Assembly: GCA_036676985.1 (NCBI GenBank)
Contig: JAKFBU010000051.1
Location: 1 to 55,139, forward strand
From: Candidatus Sericytochromatia bacterium
Lineage (GTDB): Bacteria; Cyanobacteriota; Sericytochromatia; S15B-MN24; UBA4093
Direction of reading: 5' to 3'
Length of the DNA stretch: 55,139 nucleotides
The notes beneath the pieces are model-generated. The model was not told where the DNA came from. It ran no database searches and saw nothing but the letters and a program-made list of their open reading frames with translations. Every line of letters begins with the position of its first letter. Positions within the stretch are counted from its first letter, which is position 1. This document shows positions 37,090-47,600 of this stretch, in pieces. Position numbers and translations under genes: made by a program.

Positions 37090-38343
37090 TCATTCCGGCA
37101 GGGCCCGTCCCCGGGTCTCGGTGCCGATCACCGCTGCCGCGAAGGCCACCAGGTAGGCCGCAGAGAAGGCGAGGGCGGCCTGCGCGTAGCCCCCGAGCCA
37201 CACCACCAGGGAACCGACGAAGAAGACGGCGATCGCCGTGGCGAGGCGTCCCACGTTCAGGCAGAAGCCCGTGCCCGTTGCCCGCACGCGGGTCGGGAAG
37301 AGCTCGGGCAGGTAGATGTACATGGCTGCCTGCGCCAGCCCTATGAAGAAGCCCAGGAGCGCGTTCTCCCAGTAGATGGCTTGGGAGAAGCCCGCGTTGG
37401 TCAGGAACAGCAGCGCCGAGGCCCCGAACGACCCGAGGAAGGCCGTCGACAGGGTGGCGCGGCGACCCAGGGCATCGCACATGAAGCCCGCGGCGACGCA
37501 GCCCAGGATGGCCCCGGATCCCTGGAACATGGTGGCGATGCTCCGCTCGTTGCCGCCCGGCGTCGCAAGCAGGCTCTGGATCCAGGTCGGGATCCAAGCT
37601 AGGGAGGCCCAGTAGCCGATGAGCAGGCCCCCGAAGGCCAGGCTTCCAACGAGGAGGTTGCGCCGGTGCTCTCGTCCGAGCAACATGCCGGCTTGCGGCG
37701 CATGGGCACGCCGGGCCCTGTCCTCTTGCCACCGATCGGACTCCTTGAGGGCCAGCCGCAGGAAGATGACGAGCAGGGCCGGCAGGGCCCCGACGAAGAA
37801 GACCGAGCGCCAGTCATGGAAGAAGAAGTTGATGGAGCCCGCGAGGAACACCCCCGCCTGGTAAGACGTGATGAGGACGCCGACCGCCACGGCCCGAGAG
37901 CGCTCGGGCCAGACCTCGGAGAGGAAGGTCGAGATGCTGACGAGCTCGCCCCCAATGCCTAGGCCCGTCAGGAAGCGGCAGAGAGCCAGCACCTCCCAGC
38001 TCTGGGCGAAGCCTGAAAGGCCCGTGAAGCTGGCATAGAGCAGGATCGAGACGATCATCGAGCGAACCCTGCCGAGCCGGTCGCCGACTAGGCCGAAGAG
38101 CACCCCGCCGACCATCCAGCCGAGCAGGAAGACACCGCTGATGATAGAGCCGATCTGGCCGATGACGACCTTGGACGTGCTGCCCGCGAGCTCTCCGACA
38201 GCGCTCGGCAGCACCACCGACATGAGCGTGGAGTCCATCCCGTCGAAGATGCCGCCCAGCCAGCACCCGAGGAAGACCAGGAGGTGATAGGGCGTGATGC
38301 CGGATGACCAGCGAGGCCGAAGCTCGCGCTGCACGGTCGCCAC
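37090..38343 (-). CDS. MFS transporter
   Basis: About 12 TM segments; GLVGDRLGRVR, RFLTGLGIGGE, CDALGRR, PELFPTRVRATG. Confidence 0.92.
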   Translation of the reverse strand: MATVQRELRPRWSSGITPYHLLVFLGCWLGGIFDGMDSTLMSVVLPSAVGELAGSTSKVVIGQIGSIISGVFLLGWMVGGVLFGLVGDRLGRVRSMIVSILLYASFTGLSGFAQSWEVLALCRFLTGLGIGGELVSISTFLSEVWPERSRAVAVGVLITSYQAGVFLAGSINFFFHDWRSVFFVGALPALLVIFLRLALKESDRWQEDRARRAHAPQAGMLLGREHRRNLLVGSLAFGGLLIGYWASLAWIPTWIQSLLATPGGNERSIATMFQGSGAILGCVAAGFMCDALGRRATLSTAFLGSFGASALLFLTNAGFSQAIYWENALLGFFIGLAQAAMYIYLPELFPTRVRATGTGFCLNVGRLATAIAVFFVGSLVVWLGGYAQAALAFSAAYLVAFAAAVIGTETRGRALPE

Positions 38344-38346
38344 GAC

Positions 38347-39963
38347 CTACAGCCCGATGGCGGCCAGGAAGGACATGGCCGCCAAGGCGATCAACCCCGG
38401 CAACAGCGCCCACAGGAAGGTGTAGCTCTTGATGCGATCGCCCGACGCCGTCGTCATCTCCCGCAGGTCGAACTGGGGCATCATGCCGCGGCGGAACCAG
38501 CCCACCGCCTCGACCTCCTGGCCGATGAGCTCCTTGCCCTTCCGGGCGCCGAAGAATAGGTTGCCGAGCGGCCCCCAGAGGGACTCGTAGTTGACGTAGA
38601 CCACCCCCGTCCGATCTTGCAGCATGAAGTCCTCGCTGAAGGTGCTGCCGGCGGTGGCCTTTCCGATTAGCACGCCCTTGAGGCGGACGGGCCGACCCTT
38701 CATGGGGCTCGCGTAGGGATCGGCCATGAGGTCCAGGAAGTCGCGCGGCATGGCCTTGGACGTGCTCGCGAAGCTGTAGTAGCCCTTCACGAGAAGGCCG
38801 ATGCCGAGCCCCAGGGCCGCCATGGCCAGGTGGTAGTCCCGCAGGAGGAGGCCGAGCCCGAGGCCGAACACGATGCCGAGCCACGGCGCCACGAACAGCA
38901 TCAGCTCCCGGGCGAACTGGCCGTACATGCGGCCCATGTTGAGCTTCTGGCTCGCCGCCGAGATCTTGGCGAAGTCGAAGGGCGGCACCTGCCCGAACAT
39001 GCGTGCCATGTTGGCGAGCGCCCGGATGCGCTTGCCCGTCAGCGGGTGGGTCGACTGGAACTCCGAGAGGGCCGCCCACGGGTTGAAGAGGTCGAAGAGG
39101 AACACCTTGCCGACCTTCGGGAGATCGAGCGCCTGCTCGGTGGCGATGCCCACGTTGCGGGCCGACTTGGGGTCGAAGATGCCCAGGGCGCGCGTGCTTT
39201 CGAGCAGGCGCTTGGAGGTGCCTTCCTGATCGGCCTGCAGAATGCCGAAGGCGATCTTGGTGAGGGCCGTGGCGAGCGCATTGGGGTTTCGCGTGTGCTC
39301 GGCCGCGAACTGGTCGGCCATGTATTCCCGGGTCCGGGACAGGTAGAGCAGCAGGTAGGTCCCGATCAGGTAGCACACGTAGGCCGCCAGGCCGATGTGC
39401 GCGAGTTTGCTCTTCTGGTCGCCGCCACCCTTGGACTTGGTGAAGATCACGTAGATCTGGTACAGGAGCTGCACCAGGGTGGCGCCCAGGGACATGACGA
39501 TGAAGTCCCGGTGCACGATGTGCCCGAGCTCGTGGGCAAAGACCGCCGTGGCCTCCTCCTCGTCGAGGTAGTGGAAGAGCCCCGTGCTCACCACCAGGCG
39601 CGCATTGCCGGCGGTCGAGCCGTAGGTGAAGGCGGTGGGCGTCTGGTCGTGGATGAGGCCCAGCCGCGGGACCGGGATGCCGTGCTTGGCCGTGACCTGA
39701 CGGACGAACTCCGCCACCGCGGGGTGCTCCCGGGCAATGTCCCCGAGCCGGACGTCCTCGTAGTCGTACGCCCAGCGCAGCGTCCAGTCCATGATGACCG
39801 GCGAGAGGAGCCACCAGACGACGCTGAAGACGAGCGTCAGGCCCAGCATCAGCGGCGCCGAGATCATGTGCGTCGTGTACAGGGCGGCGCCCACCAGGGA
39901 CACGACGAAGCCGCCCAGGAGGGCGAGCGTCACAGTGGAACTGAAGATGAGCGATGCTTTCAT
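38347..39963 (-). CDS. htpX: HtpX-like M48 membrane zinc metalloprotease with C-terminal extension
   Basis: PTAFTYG, HELGH, SRTREYMAD, STHP. Confidence 0.88.
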   Translation of the reverse strand: MKASLIFSSTVTLALLGGFVVSLVGAALYTTHMISAPLMLGLTLVFSVVWWLLSPVIMDWTLRWAYDYEDVRLGDIAREHPAVAEFVRQVTAKHGIPVPRLGLIHDQTPTAFTYGSTAGNARLVVSTGLFHYLDEEEATAVFAHELGHIVHRDFIVMSLGATLVQLLYQIYVIFTKSKGGGDQKSKLAHIGLAAYVCYLIGTYLLLYLSRTREYMADQFAAEHTRNPNALATALTKIAFGILQADQEGTSKRLLESTRALGIFDPKSARNVGIATEQALDLPKVGKVFLFDLFNPWAALSEFQSTHPLTGKRIRALANMARMFGQVPPFDFAKISAASQKLNMGRMYGQFARELMLFVAPWLGIVFGLGLGLLLRDYHLAMAALGLGIGLLVKGYYSFASTSKAMPRDFLDLMADPYASPMKGRPVRLKGVLIGKATAGSTFSEDFMLQDRTGVVYVNYESLWGPLGNLFFGARKGKELIGQEVEAVGWFRRGMMPQFDLREMTTASGDRIKSYTFLWALLPGLIALAAMSFLAAIGL

Positions 39964-40174
39964 GCGGACCTCGATTCTGACGGGGCGTCCGCCAAGCTTA
40001 TACCCAGCGACCGCCTCTTCGTCAGAGGGACAACCGGGCGCCCGTAGCAGGCGGGAACAGGTTAGTCGAAGCTTTGACGGCTCTTAAACTGGGGATCAGA
40101 AAGCCGCCGTCCGATCGTCCGATAATCACCGTGGAAAAAGGGGAATAAGGAACCTACGGTTGGAGGAGAGTACG

Positions 40175-41260
40175 ATGGACAAGGTGACGAGCAATCAGGG
40201 TCGTCTGGGCAGCATCAACTGGTCGCTGTTCCAGGGCGGGACCACCAAACCCGCGGAGACCGAGCCCACCGCGTCCAAGGCTCCTGCGCGCAAGGACGTC
40301 ATCGATCTGAACATCCCCAAGAAGGGTGCCTCCGGATCGGCCGTCAAGGAGCAGGTCCTGCGCATCGACGGCGAGCTCACCACTCTCAACCGGGCCCTGA
40401 CCCGCAACCACATGAATTTGACCGAGGCGCAGTGGGAGCGCGCGGCGCTCAAGGATGCGCTCGCCCAGAAGCTTGCCCGCGCCGAGGAGCTCGGCTCGGA
40501 GATCGGCGGGGCCAAGCACGAGAAGGCCCAGATCGCCGACGAGATCAGCCAGATTTGCGACCAGATCGCGACCGTCGACCAGAAGATCCAGGGCCTCCAG
40601 GGTGAGCAGGCGGCTCTTCTGGAGCGCGAGGCCCAGCTCGCCCAGCAGCATCGCAAGCAGTACGACGAGGCCAACGGCGCCAAGAACTACTCGGAGTACC
40701 TCAAGACCCTTCCCGAGACCTCCCGTGCGGACGACGCCCTGGGCAACGCCCGAGAGGAGGCCGCGTCCAAGGTCGCCAAGCGTGCCGAGGAGCAGCTCAA
40801 GAAGACCGAGGGCCGCCTGACCGACACCAACACGCAGCAGGCCATCAACGATATCGAGGGCCACTTCCTCACCTTCCGCCGCCTGCGCCTCGAGGCCAAG
40901 GGCGAAGCCAAGATCGGCGAGCTGGACCTCACCCAGCAGAAGATCGACTTCCTCGAAGCGGAGCAGAAGGACCTCAAGGGTCAGATCAAGGGCGATCGCT
41001 CGAAGATCGCCGAGACGGATGCCAAGATCGACCGCTCGGAGAAGAACATCGCGACCCTCGAGCGCAAGATCGCCGACCTCGAGCTCTTGCGCGACCAGAT
41101 CCTCACCTCGGCCATCGGCGCCCACGAGGCCGACGCCAAGGCCATCCTCGGCAAGATCGACGAGCTCGAGTCCGCCATCCAGAAGCTCAAGGGCGACCTG
41201 GAAGGTACCAAGAAGAGTCTCCAGGATCTCAAGGACCTCCGCTCGTCCTACGACCAGTAG
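40175..41260 (+). CDS. Hypothetical coiled-coil protein
   Basis: ATG after GGAGGAG. Disordered N-terminus, then K/E/I/L heptads; strongly biased codon usage. Confidence 0.75.
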   Translation: MDKVTSNQGRLGSINWSLFQGGTTKPAETEPTASKAPARKDVIDLNIPKKGASGSAVKEQVLRIDGELTTLNRALTRNHMNLTEAQWERAALKDALAQKLARAEELGSEIGGAKHEKAQIADEISQICDQIATVDQKIQGLQGEQAALLEREAQLAQQHRKQYDEANGAKNYSEYLKTLPETSRADDALGNAREEAASKVAKRAEEQLKKTEGRLTDTNTQQAINDIEGHFLTFRRLRLEAKGEAKIGELDLTQQKIDFLEAEQKDLKGQIKGDRSKIAETDAKIDRSEKNIATLERKIADLELLRDQILTSAIGAHEADAKAILGKIDELESAIQKLKGDLEGTKKSLQDLKDLRSSYDQ

Positions 41261-41265
41261 GCCGG

Positions 41266-42048
41266 ATGCCGATCGAAAACCTCAACTACCGGGAGCGCGG
41301 GGGTGGAACCACCCTCGCGCTCCTGCATGCGTTTCCGCTCTCCAGCGAGATGTGGGAGCCCCAGCTCGCAGGCCTCGCGGACGTTTGCCGCATGGTGGCC
41401 GTGGACATGCGGGGCTTCGGCCGGACGCCGCTCGGCGGCGAGGCCTACTCCCTCGATGATCTCGCGGGCGACCTCGTCGACCTGATGGATCGCCTGGGCG
41501 TCGAGCGCTTCGTGCTCGGCGGTCTCTCCATGGGCGGCTACGTGGCCCTCGCCTGCCAGCGCCGCTTCGACGATCGCCTCCAGGGACTCCTGCTCGCCGA
41601 CACACGCGCGGGGGTCGATGCTCCCGCCGCGCGCGAGCGGCGGTACCAGACGATCGCCCAGGTCGAAGCCCATGGCACCGGCGAGCTGAGCCGCACCATG
41701 CCAGGCTCGCTCCTCGGCAAGACCACCCAGGCCCAGCAGCCGGAGCTCGTCGCCCGGGTCAGCGCATGGATCGAGCGGACGGATCCCGCCGCCGTGATCG
41801 CCGCCCAGCGGGCCATGGCCGAGCGACCGGACGCCACCGCGCAACTGGCGACCATCCAGGTGCCGACGCTGGTGATCGTGGGCGAAGAGGACGCGCTCTC
41901 CCCGCCCGCAGAAGCCGCGGCCATGGTCCGGGACCTGCCGAACGCCCAGCTGGCACTGATTCCCCGCGCGGGGCACTTGTCGAACCTCGAGTACCCCGAG
42001 GGCTTCAATCGTGCCGTTCGCGACTTCATGAGCCGTTTCCCCGCCTAG
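41266..42048 (+). CDS. Alpha/beta fold hydrolase
   Basis: LLHAFP, DMRGFG, nucleophile elbow GLSMGG, GEED, AGHLSNLE. Confidence 0.92.
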   Translation: MPIENLNYRERGGGTTLALLHAFPLSSEMWEPQLAGLADVCRMVAVDMRGFGRTPLGGEAYSLDDLAGDLVDLMDRLGVERFVLGGLSMGGYVALACQRRFDDRLQGLLLADTRAGVDAPAARERRYQTIAQVEAHGTGELSRTMPGSLLGKTTQAQQPELVARVSAWIERTDPAAVIAAQRAMAERPDATAQLATIQVPTLVIVGEEDALSPPAEAAAMVRDLPNAQLALIPRAGHLSNLEYPEGFNRAVRDFMSRFPA

Positions 42049-42312
42049 GGGGCGATCGGGCTGCAGGCCCTTGCATGGCTAGCTTGCATCTGTTATTGAG
42101 GATTTGTGAAGATTTCTTCACGTGGGGTATGAAGGGACTATGAAGTCCCACCTCATGGGGCTTTGGTCAAGTCTCCCGCGTTGGTCCCCCAGCGGGCCAT
42201 GGTGTACCTCGCCTTCACCCCTACCGGAGTAGGGTAGGACTGGCGGCTGCGTGGGCAGACGAGACCGGCAGCGTGGCCGGACGACGATCAGGGCGATGGA
42301 GGACAATCAACG

Positions 42313-42657
42313 ATGCAGCTTGTGGTTCAATCTTGCGCCGACGGCAGCACCCTCTCCCTGTCGGGCGACCTCGACACCGAAGGCGCCGAGCAGCTCGAGC
42401 AGTGCTTTGAGGAGCTGGTCGCCGAGGTCCAGGGGTCCCTCGTCATCGATGTGACGCACGTGGGCTTCCTCAACAGCAAGGGGATTCGGTCGTTCCTCAG
42501 GCTCGATAAGCTGCTCAAGGCCAAGGGCGCCTCCATCGTCTTCAAGGGCGCGTCTCTGGGGCTCTTCCGCAACTTCCGCTATTGCGGGCTCGACTCGTAC
42601 TTCACGTTCGCGGATCCGGACCTGGTGAGCCTCCGGAGGCTCCATCCCGTCCCGTAG
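42313..42657 (+). CDS. STAS-domain anti-sigma-factor antagonist
   Basis: LSGDLD...IDVTHVGFLNSKGI, a variant of the DSSG phosphoserine motif. Confidence 0.82.
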   Translation: MQLVVQSCADGSTLSLSGDLDTEGAEQLEQCFEELVAEVQGSLVIDVTHVGFLNSKGIRSFLRLDKLLKAKGASIVFKGASLGLFRNFRYCGLDSYFTFADPDLVSLRRLHPVP

Positions 42658-42706
42658 GATCGCCCCGCGTTGACCTCCGAACGGCTAAGACGTACGCATG
42701 GTGGAT

Positions 42707-42731
42707 GTTTGCCCACGCCGCGGGCGGGTAA
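42707..42731 (+). promoter_or_regulatory. SigB/SigF-type promoter (GTTT-N15-GGGTAA) for the glycoside hydrolase gene
   Basis: GTTT at 42707-42710 and GGGTAA at 42726-42731. Confidence 0.55.
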
Positions 42732-42776
42732 AGTCGCTTCAACCGCCGACGTCGACCATGCCCTCGGGGAGTCCCC

Positions 42777-43898
42777 ATGCACCGCCGCCGTTCCAAGCGC
42801 TGGCTCTTCAGCAGCCTCGGGGTCCTGCCCCTGGGCTTCATGATCCTGGCGTATCATCCCTTCTGGCCGCAGGGCGGCCGGCAGGTTCCCCCTGACATGC
42901 CCCGCACGTTCACGTGGGGCATCGCCTGGCATCCGGTCGAGTCCCAGCCGGAGCGCTTGCCGCGCGCGGCCCAGCTCGAGGCCGCCCGGGAGCTCGGTAT
43001 GGGGCTCATGCGCTTCGATGCGCGCTGGGCCGATCTGCAAAAAGCGCCCGGCGAGCTCGATAAGAGCGCCCTGCGCTACCACCAGGACCTCTTGCGCGAG
43101 TGTCTCGACCGGGGCTTCCAGGTCAAGGTGAACCTCGGGTCCTACCCGGCTTGGGCCATCGACCTCCTGAAGAAGGACCCCGAGGCCTTCTACGTCCAGT
43201 ACCGCCGCTACGTCGATGCGGTCCTCACGGCCCTCGGCCCCAAGGTGGACTACTACCAGCTGGGCAACGAGTTCAACACCATCCTCGACCCCATCCCGGC
43301 CGAGCACGACGCGCGCGTGTTCCGGGAGGCCCACGCCGTGCTGGAGCGTCACCGGGCGGCGCACCCGGAGTGGAAGGTCAAGACCGTCATCAATGTGTGC
43401 GACACCTTCTATCTCCCCTGGAAGGGGACGCTCGAGGGTGTCCTGGAGGAGGCGTCGGCGGCCATCGACGTGATCGGCTACGACTTCTACCCGGGCAACT
43501 ACTCGCACCTGCATGACTGGGGCGCCTGGCCCCAGATCGGCTATCTCTCGGACCTGATGCTGCGCTACGACAAGGACGGGGCCATCTGCGAGACGGGTTG
43601 CCTCGCGTTCTTCGGCGAGGGGCGGCAGGCGCGCTGGATCCAGGAGTCGACGCGGGCCATGCTGGGGGCGATCGCCCGATCTCCGGCCAAGGACCGTTTC
43701 CGGTTCGCGGCCTACTACGAGCTGGTGGACGCGGACAAGCTGCCCGCCTGGTGGCTGCCCCACACCGAGGCCACTTTCGGCCTCCTGACCACCACCGGGC
43801 GCCGCAAGCCGGGCTTCGAGGCCCTGCGCGAGGTCATCTCCGAGACTCGCTCGGTGCAGGGCCTGCCCGACCAGGTGAGTCCTAAAATAACTCCTTGA
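42777..43898 (+). CDS. Membrane-anchored clan GH-A glycoside hydrolase
   Basis: N-terminal TM; RFDARW, acid/base LGNE, GYDFYP, nucleophile ICETG, FGLL. Confidence 0.78.
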   Translation: MHRRRSKRWLFSSLGVLPLGFMILAYHPFWPQGGRQVPPDMPRTFTWGIAWHPVESQPERLPRAAQLEAARELGMGLMRFDARWADLQKAPGELDKSALRYHQDLLRECLDRGFQVKVNLGSYPAWAIDLLKKDPEAFYVQYRRYVDAVLTALGPKVDYYQLGNEFNTILDPIPAEHDARVFREAHAVLERHRAAHPEWKVKTVINVCDTFYLPWKGTLEGVLEEASAAIDVIGYDFYPGNYSHLHDWGAWPQIGYLSDLMLRYDKDGAICETGCLAFFGEGRQARWIQESTRAMLGAIARSPAKDRFRFAAYYELVDADKLPAWWLPHTEATFGLLTTTGRRKPGFEALREVISETRSVQGLPDQVSPKITP

Positions 43899-44232
43899 TC
43901 CGCTCGGGCGGGCGGCCGATGACGGCCTTGCCGCCCCGGACCACGATGGGACGCTCGATCAGGATCGGGTTCTCGACCATCACGCGGATGGCCTCCTCGC
44001 GCGAGAGCGTCTTGTCCGCGAGGCCCAGCTCCTCGTAGCGGTCCTCCTTGGTGCGCATGAGCTCCTGGGGCTCCATGCCGAGCTGCTTCAGGAGTTGATC
44101 GAGCTCTTCGGCGGTCGGAGGCGTCTCCAGGTAGCGGACGACGGTGGGCTCGATGCCCTGGCCCTCCAGGAGGGACAGGGTCTCGCGGCTCTTGCTGCAG
44201 CGCGGGTTGTGAAACATCACGGTATCGGACAT
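43882..44232 (-). CDS. arsC: Arsenate reductase (glutaredoxin type, ArsC family)
   Basis: HNPRCSKSR, LIERPIV, IGRPPE. Confidence 0.9.
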   Translation of the reverse strand: MSDTVMFHNPRCSKSRETLSLLEGQGIEPTVVRYLETPPTAEELDQLLKQLGMEPQELMRTKEDRYEELGLADKTLSREEAIRVMVENPILIERPIVVRGGKAVIGRPPERIKELF

Positions 44233-44364
44233 GGGTAATCTCCTCGGCAGGGGGGTGGCGGGCGCTTGCCCGGTCGTTCATTCTAGCGTCCCGTCTCGGG
44301 CCTGTGTAGGGCCTGCCGGGCAAGGGTATGCTGCCTCTGGATCGGCTTGACGGGAGAGGCGAAG

Positions 44365-45798
44365 ATGAGCAGCAACCTGGTCGCACGGATCGAGGCCCTG
44401 GGGCGCACGACCCCGTTCACGCCCGAGGAGCTCTCCGCCCTCAGGGACTTCGTCGAGACCTCTCCCGACGAGGCCCTGTTCCGGGTGAATCCGCTCACCT
44501 ACGCCGCGGAGCGTGCCATGCCCAACCATCGGGCCATCGACCTCTTCGTGCATGCGAGCCGCGCGGGCATCTTCGACCTGGCCTGGAACGTCCTCTGCTA
44601 CGGCTGCGGCGGCTACCTGCAGTCCGGAAACTCGCTGGGCGAGCTGTCGGCCCAGACGCACTGCGCCGTCTGCGACCTGGCCATCGAGGCCACCCTCGAC
44701 GACACGGTCGAGGTCTCGTTCACCGTGGCGCCTGCCATCCGCTCGATCCGCTACCACCGCCCCGATGACCTGGAGCCGGGCCTGGAGCTGTTGCGCTACA
44801 TCTTCTCGGGCAACCGCCTGCGAACACCCGAGTTCGATTCCGCGCTCTCTGCGGCCCGTTTGATCCTGGACTTCCTGCCGCCGATGGGCGCCAAGGTCCT
44901 GGAGCTGGAGCTTTCTCCGGGGCGTTACCGCCTGGTGACGGCCTCGCACCATGCCATGCTCTACCTCGAGGTCTCGGAGGGGGCGAGCGAGGCCACCGTG
45001 GACTTGCACGATCAGGCGTTGCTCGCGACGACTCGGGAGCTTGCGGCCGGGCAGGTCGCGCTGCGGATCGCCAACGCCACCGAGCGACCGGCGACGGTCG
45101 CCCTGGTGCGCCTCGACGCCATGCCCGAGATGCCCGCGGCCTGCGATGCCTACAAGGGCTTTCGTCCCTTCCTCACGGGCAAGCGAATCCTCACGTCGCA
45201 GGCCTTCCGGGACCTGTATCGCAACCATGCGATGGCGCCGGGCTCGAGCTTCGCCCTGCGTTCCCTGACCTTCCTCTTCACGGACCTCAAGGATTCGACC
45301 CAGCTCTACGATCGGATCGGCGATCTCAGCGCCTACGAACTAGTCCAGGAGCACTTCAAGATCCTCTCGGAGACGGTGGCGCGCCATGAGGGGGCCATCG
45401 TCAAGACGATCGGCGACGCCATCATGGCCACCTTCCCGCGCCCCGAGTCGGCGGTGCAGGCCGCCGCCGAGATGAATCGCAAGCTCACCGAGTGGAACCG
45501 GACGCGGCCCGAGGCGGACCTGTACCTCAAGATCGGCATCCACGAGGGCGCATGCATCGCCGTCAGCTCGAACGATCGCATCGACTACTTCGGCACGACG
45601 GTGAACCAGGCGGCCCGCATCCAGGGGCTCGCCGGAGCGGGCGAGATCTTCCTCTCGGAGGCGGTCTATTCGGCCCAGGGCGTCGCGCAGCTGGGCCATG
45701 TCTCCTTCCTGGAGCCCCAGGTCGTCCAGCTCAAGGGCATCAGCGAAAAGGTGACGGTGTACCCCGCCGTGGTGCCAGCAGGGGCGCTGGCGGGCTAG
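44365..45798 (+). CDS. Class III adenylate cyclase with N-terminal DUF5939-like Cys-containing domain
   Basis: CYGC and CAVC pairs; FLFTDLKDST, VKTIGDAIMA, LKIGIH, RIDYFGTTVNQAAR. The K/D pair predicts ATP specificity. Confidence 0.88.
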   Translation: MSSNLVARIEALGRTTPFTPEELSALRDFVETSPDEALFRVNPLTYAAERAMPNHRAIDLFVHASRAGIFDLAWNVLCYGCGGYLQSGNSLGELSAQTHCAVCDLAIEATLDDTVEVSFTVAPAIRSIRYHRPDDLEPGLELLRYIFSGNRLRTPEFDSALSAARLILDFLPPMGAKVLELELSPGRYRLVTASHHAMLYLEVSEGASEATVDLHDQALLATTRELAAGQVALRIANATERPATVALVRLDAMPEMPAACDAYKGFRPFLTGKRILTSQAFRDLYRNHAMAPGSSFALRSLTFLFTDLKDSTQLYDRIGDLSAYELVQEHFKILSETVARHEGAIVKTIGDAIMATFPRPESAVQAAAEMNRKLTEWNRTRPEADLYLKIGIHEGACIAVSSNDRIDYFGTTVNQAARIQGLAGAGEIFLSEAVYSAQGVAQLGHVSFLEPQVVQLKGISEKVTVYPAVVPAGALAG

Positions 45799-47504
45799 GT
45801 CGAACTGAGCACCCGCTCGCCGATCCCCTCGAGCAACCGGTGGTGCACCTGGGGTGCCCGCCGCTCCAGCGCGCCCTCGCCCGCGAGCGCGATGCGCAGC
45901 AGGAGGTCCTCTTGCCATGCGCGGCCGATGACCTGCAGACCGATGGGCATCCCGTGGGGATCGTAGCCCGCCGGGAAGCTGATGGCCGGCAGCCCCGTGA
46001 AGTTCGCCACGCGCACGAAGCGCATGATTCGATCCAACAGCTCGAGGTTCGACTCGCCTTCCGCGAGCGCGTCCGCGGGCAGGACGTGGGCCGGGCAGCC
46101 CGTCGTCGGCGTGACGATGGCGTCCACCTGGCCGAGCACCCGCTCGAAGTGCCCACAGAGGCGGACCCGGTGGCGCTGGGCCAGCAGGTAGTCCGTGGCC
46201 TGCAGGTGACGGGCCAGGATCAGGTTGAGGCGGGTGTCGAGCCCGTAGGCCTCGGGGTGCGCCCGGAAGTAGGGCGCATGGGCCGCGAGCATCTCGGAGA
46301 CGATGGTGACCGTGTGGGCGATGTTCAGGAGCCCCAGCTCCGGGATCTCGATCGCCACGATCTCGGCCCCGGCGGCCTCGAGCGCCTCCAGCATGGTCCG
46401 GCAGGCCGCGACCACCGCGGGCTCCGCGTCCTCGAACCACGGCTGGTAGACCCCGAGCCGGATGCCCCGGAGATCCGCGCGCTCGAGCTCCTGTAGGCTG
46501 GGCGCCGGCTGGTAGAGGGAATTCGGATCCTTGGCATCGGGACCCGCCATGAGCGCGTACGCAAGCGCCACGTCGTGGACCGTGGCCCCGATGGGACCCA
46601 CGTGCGCGACGCTCCAGCAGAGCGGGGCCGCTCCGTGTTCGCTCAGGCGCCCGTAGGTCGCCTTCAGGCCCACGACCCCGCAGTGGGCCGCGGGGATGCG
46701 GATCGAGCCGCCTCCGTCCGCCCCGATGGCGATGGGGCCGTAGCCCGCGGCCACCGCGGCTGCCGAGCCGCTCGAGGACCCGCCCGTGGCCCGGGCCGGG
46801 TCATAGGGGTTGCGCACGGCGCCGTGGTGCGGGTTGAGGCCCGTCACGCCGAGGCCGATCTCGTGCATGTTGACCTTGCCGACCAAGAGCGCGCCCGCCG
46901 CCCGCAGGCGCGCGACCACCTCCGCGTCCGCGCTCGCCGCCTGCTTTCCGAGGAAGCTCGTGCCCACCGTCGTCCGGTAGCCTGCCATGTCCAGCTCGTC
47001 CTTGACGGACACGGGCACGCCATCCAGGGGCCCCAGGGGCCGGCCCGATCGGTATCGCTCGGCGGAGGCCGCCGCCTGGGCCATCAGGTCCGCGGCATGC
47101 TGCTCCACCACGATCCGCATGGCGGGCGATCGCTCCGCATCGACCCGCACCCGCGCGACGAGGCGCTCCGCCACTTCGACGGGCGACAATCCGCCGGTTC
47201 GGTAGGCCGCCGTGAAGTCGCGGCTCGTCTCGAAGGCGAAGCCGGGACGCGGCGCCTCGGGCCAAGCGAGATGCCCCGGATCGAGCGCCGGCAGGGACGC
47301 GTCGGGGGTGCGCCCCAGGAACAGGGGATGCACGGCGGGCAGGGGATCGGCGGTCGGCGTCTGCCGGAGGCGATCGATGCCCACGTCCCGCATGAGCTTG
47401 GGCACGAGGAGGGGGGCGATCGCAGGCTGCTCGAGCAGGCCCACCAGGGTGCGCAGCAGGAGTCCCGCAGCCCTGGGAGCCTTCATGGGCGTGACGTCGT
47501 ACAT
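45795..47504 (-). CDS. Amidase-signature enzyme (fatty acid amide hydrolase-like)
   Basis: GVPVSVKD, GGSSSGS, ADGGGSIRIPA. Confidence 0.92.
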   Translation of the reverse strand: MYDVTPMKAPRAAGLLLRTLVGLLEQPAIAPLLVPKLMRDVGIDRLRQTPTADPLPAVHPLFLGRTPDASLPALDPGHLAWPEAPRPGFAFETSRDFTAAYRTGGLSPVEVAERLVARVRVDAERSPAMRIVVEQHAADLMAQAAASAERYRSGRPLGPLDGVPVSVKDELDMAGYRTTVGTSFLGKQAASADAEVVARLRAAGALLVGKVNMHEIGLGVTGLNPHHGAVRNPYDPARATGGSSSGSAAAVAAGYGPIAIGADGGGSIRIPAAHCGVVGLKATYGRLSEHGAAPLCWSVAHVGPIGATVHDVALAYALMAGPDAKDPNSLYQPAPSLQELERADLRGIRLGVYQPWFEDAEPAVVAACRTMLEALEAAGAEIVAIEIPELGLLNIAHTVTIVSEMLAAHAPYFRAHPEAYGLDTRLNLILARHLQATDYLLAQRHRVRLCGHFERVLGQVDAIVTPTTGCPAHVLPADALAEGESNLELLDRIMRFVRVANFTGLPAISFPAGYDPHGMPIGLQVIGRAWQEDLLLRIALAGEGALERRAPQVHHRLLEGIGERVLSST

Positions 47505-47600
47505 CGGATCTCCTCGCCGTCGGGTCGACTCGTTGGCATGAAAAGGGGCCTTCGGCAGTATAGGCTACCGAGGCCCGCAAGCCAAGCTGACGATGAGGAG

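Noticed and set aside
42140-42232. Short ORF MKSHLMGLW... upstream of the STAS gene
   Set aside because: 30 codons, atypical codon usage, no motif; cannot be supported.
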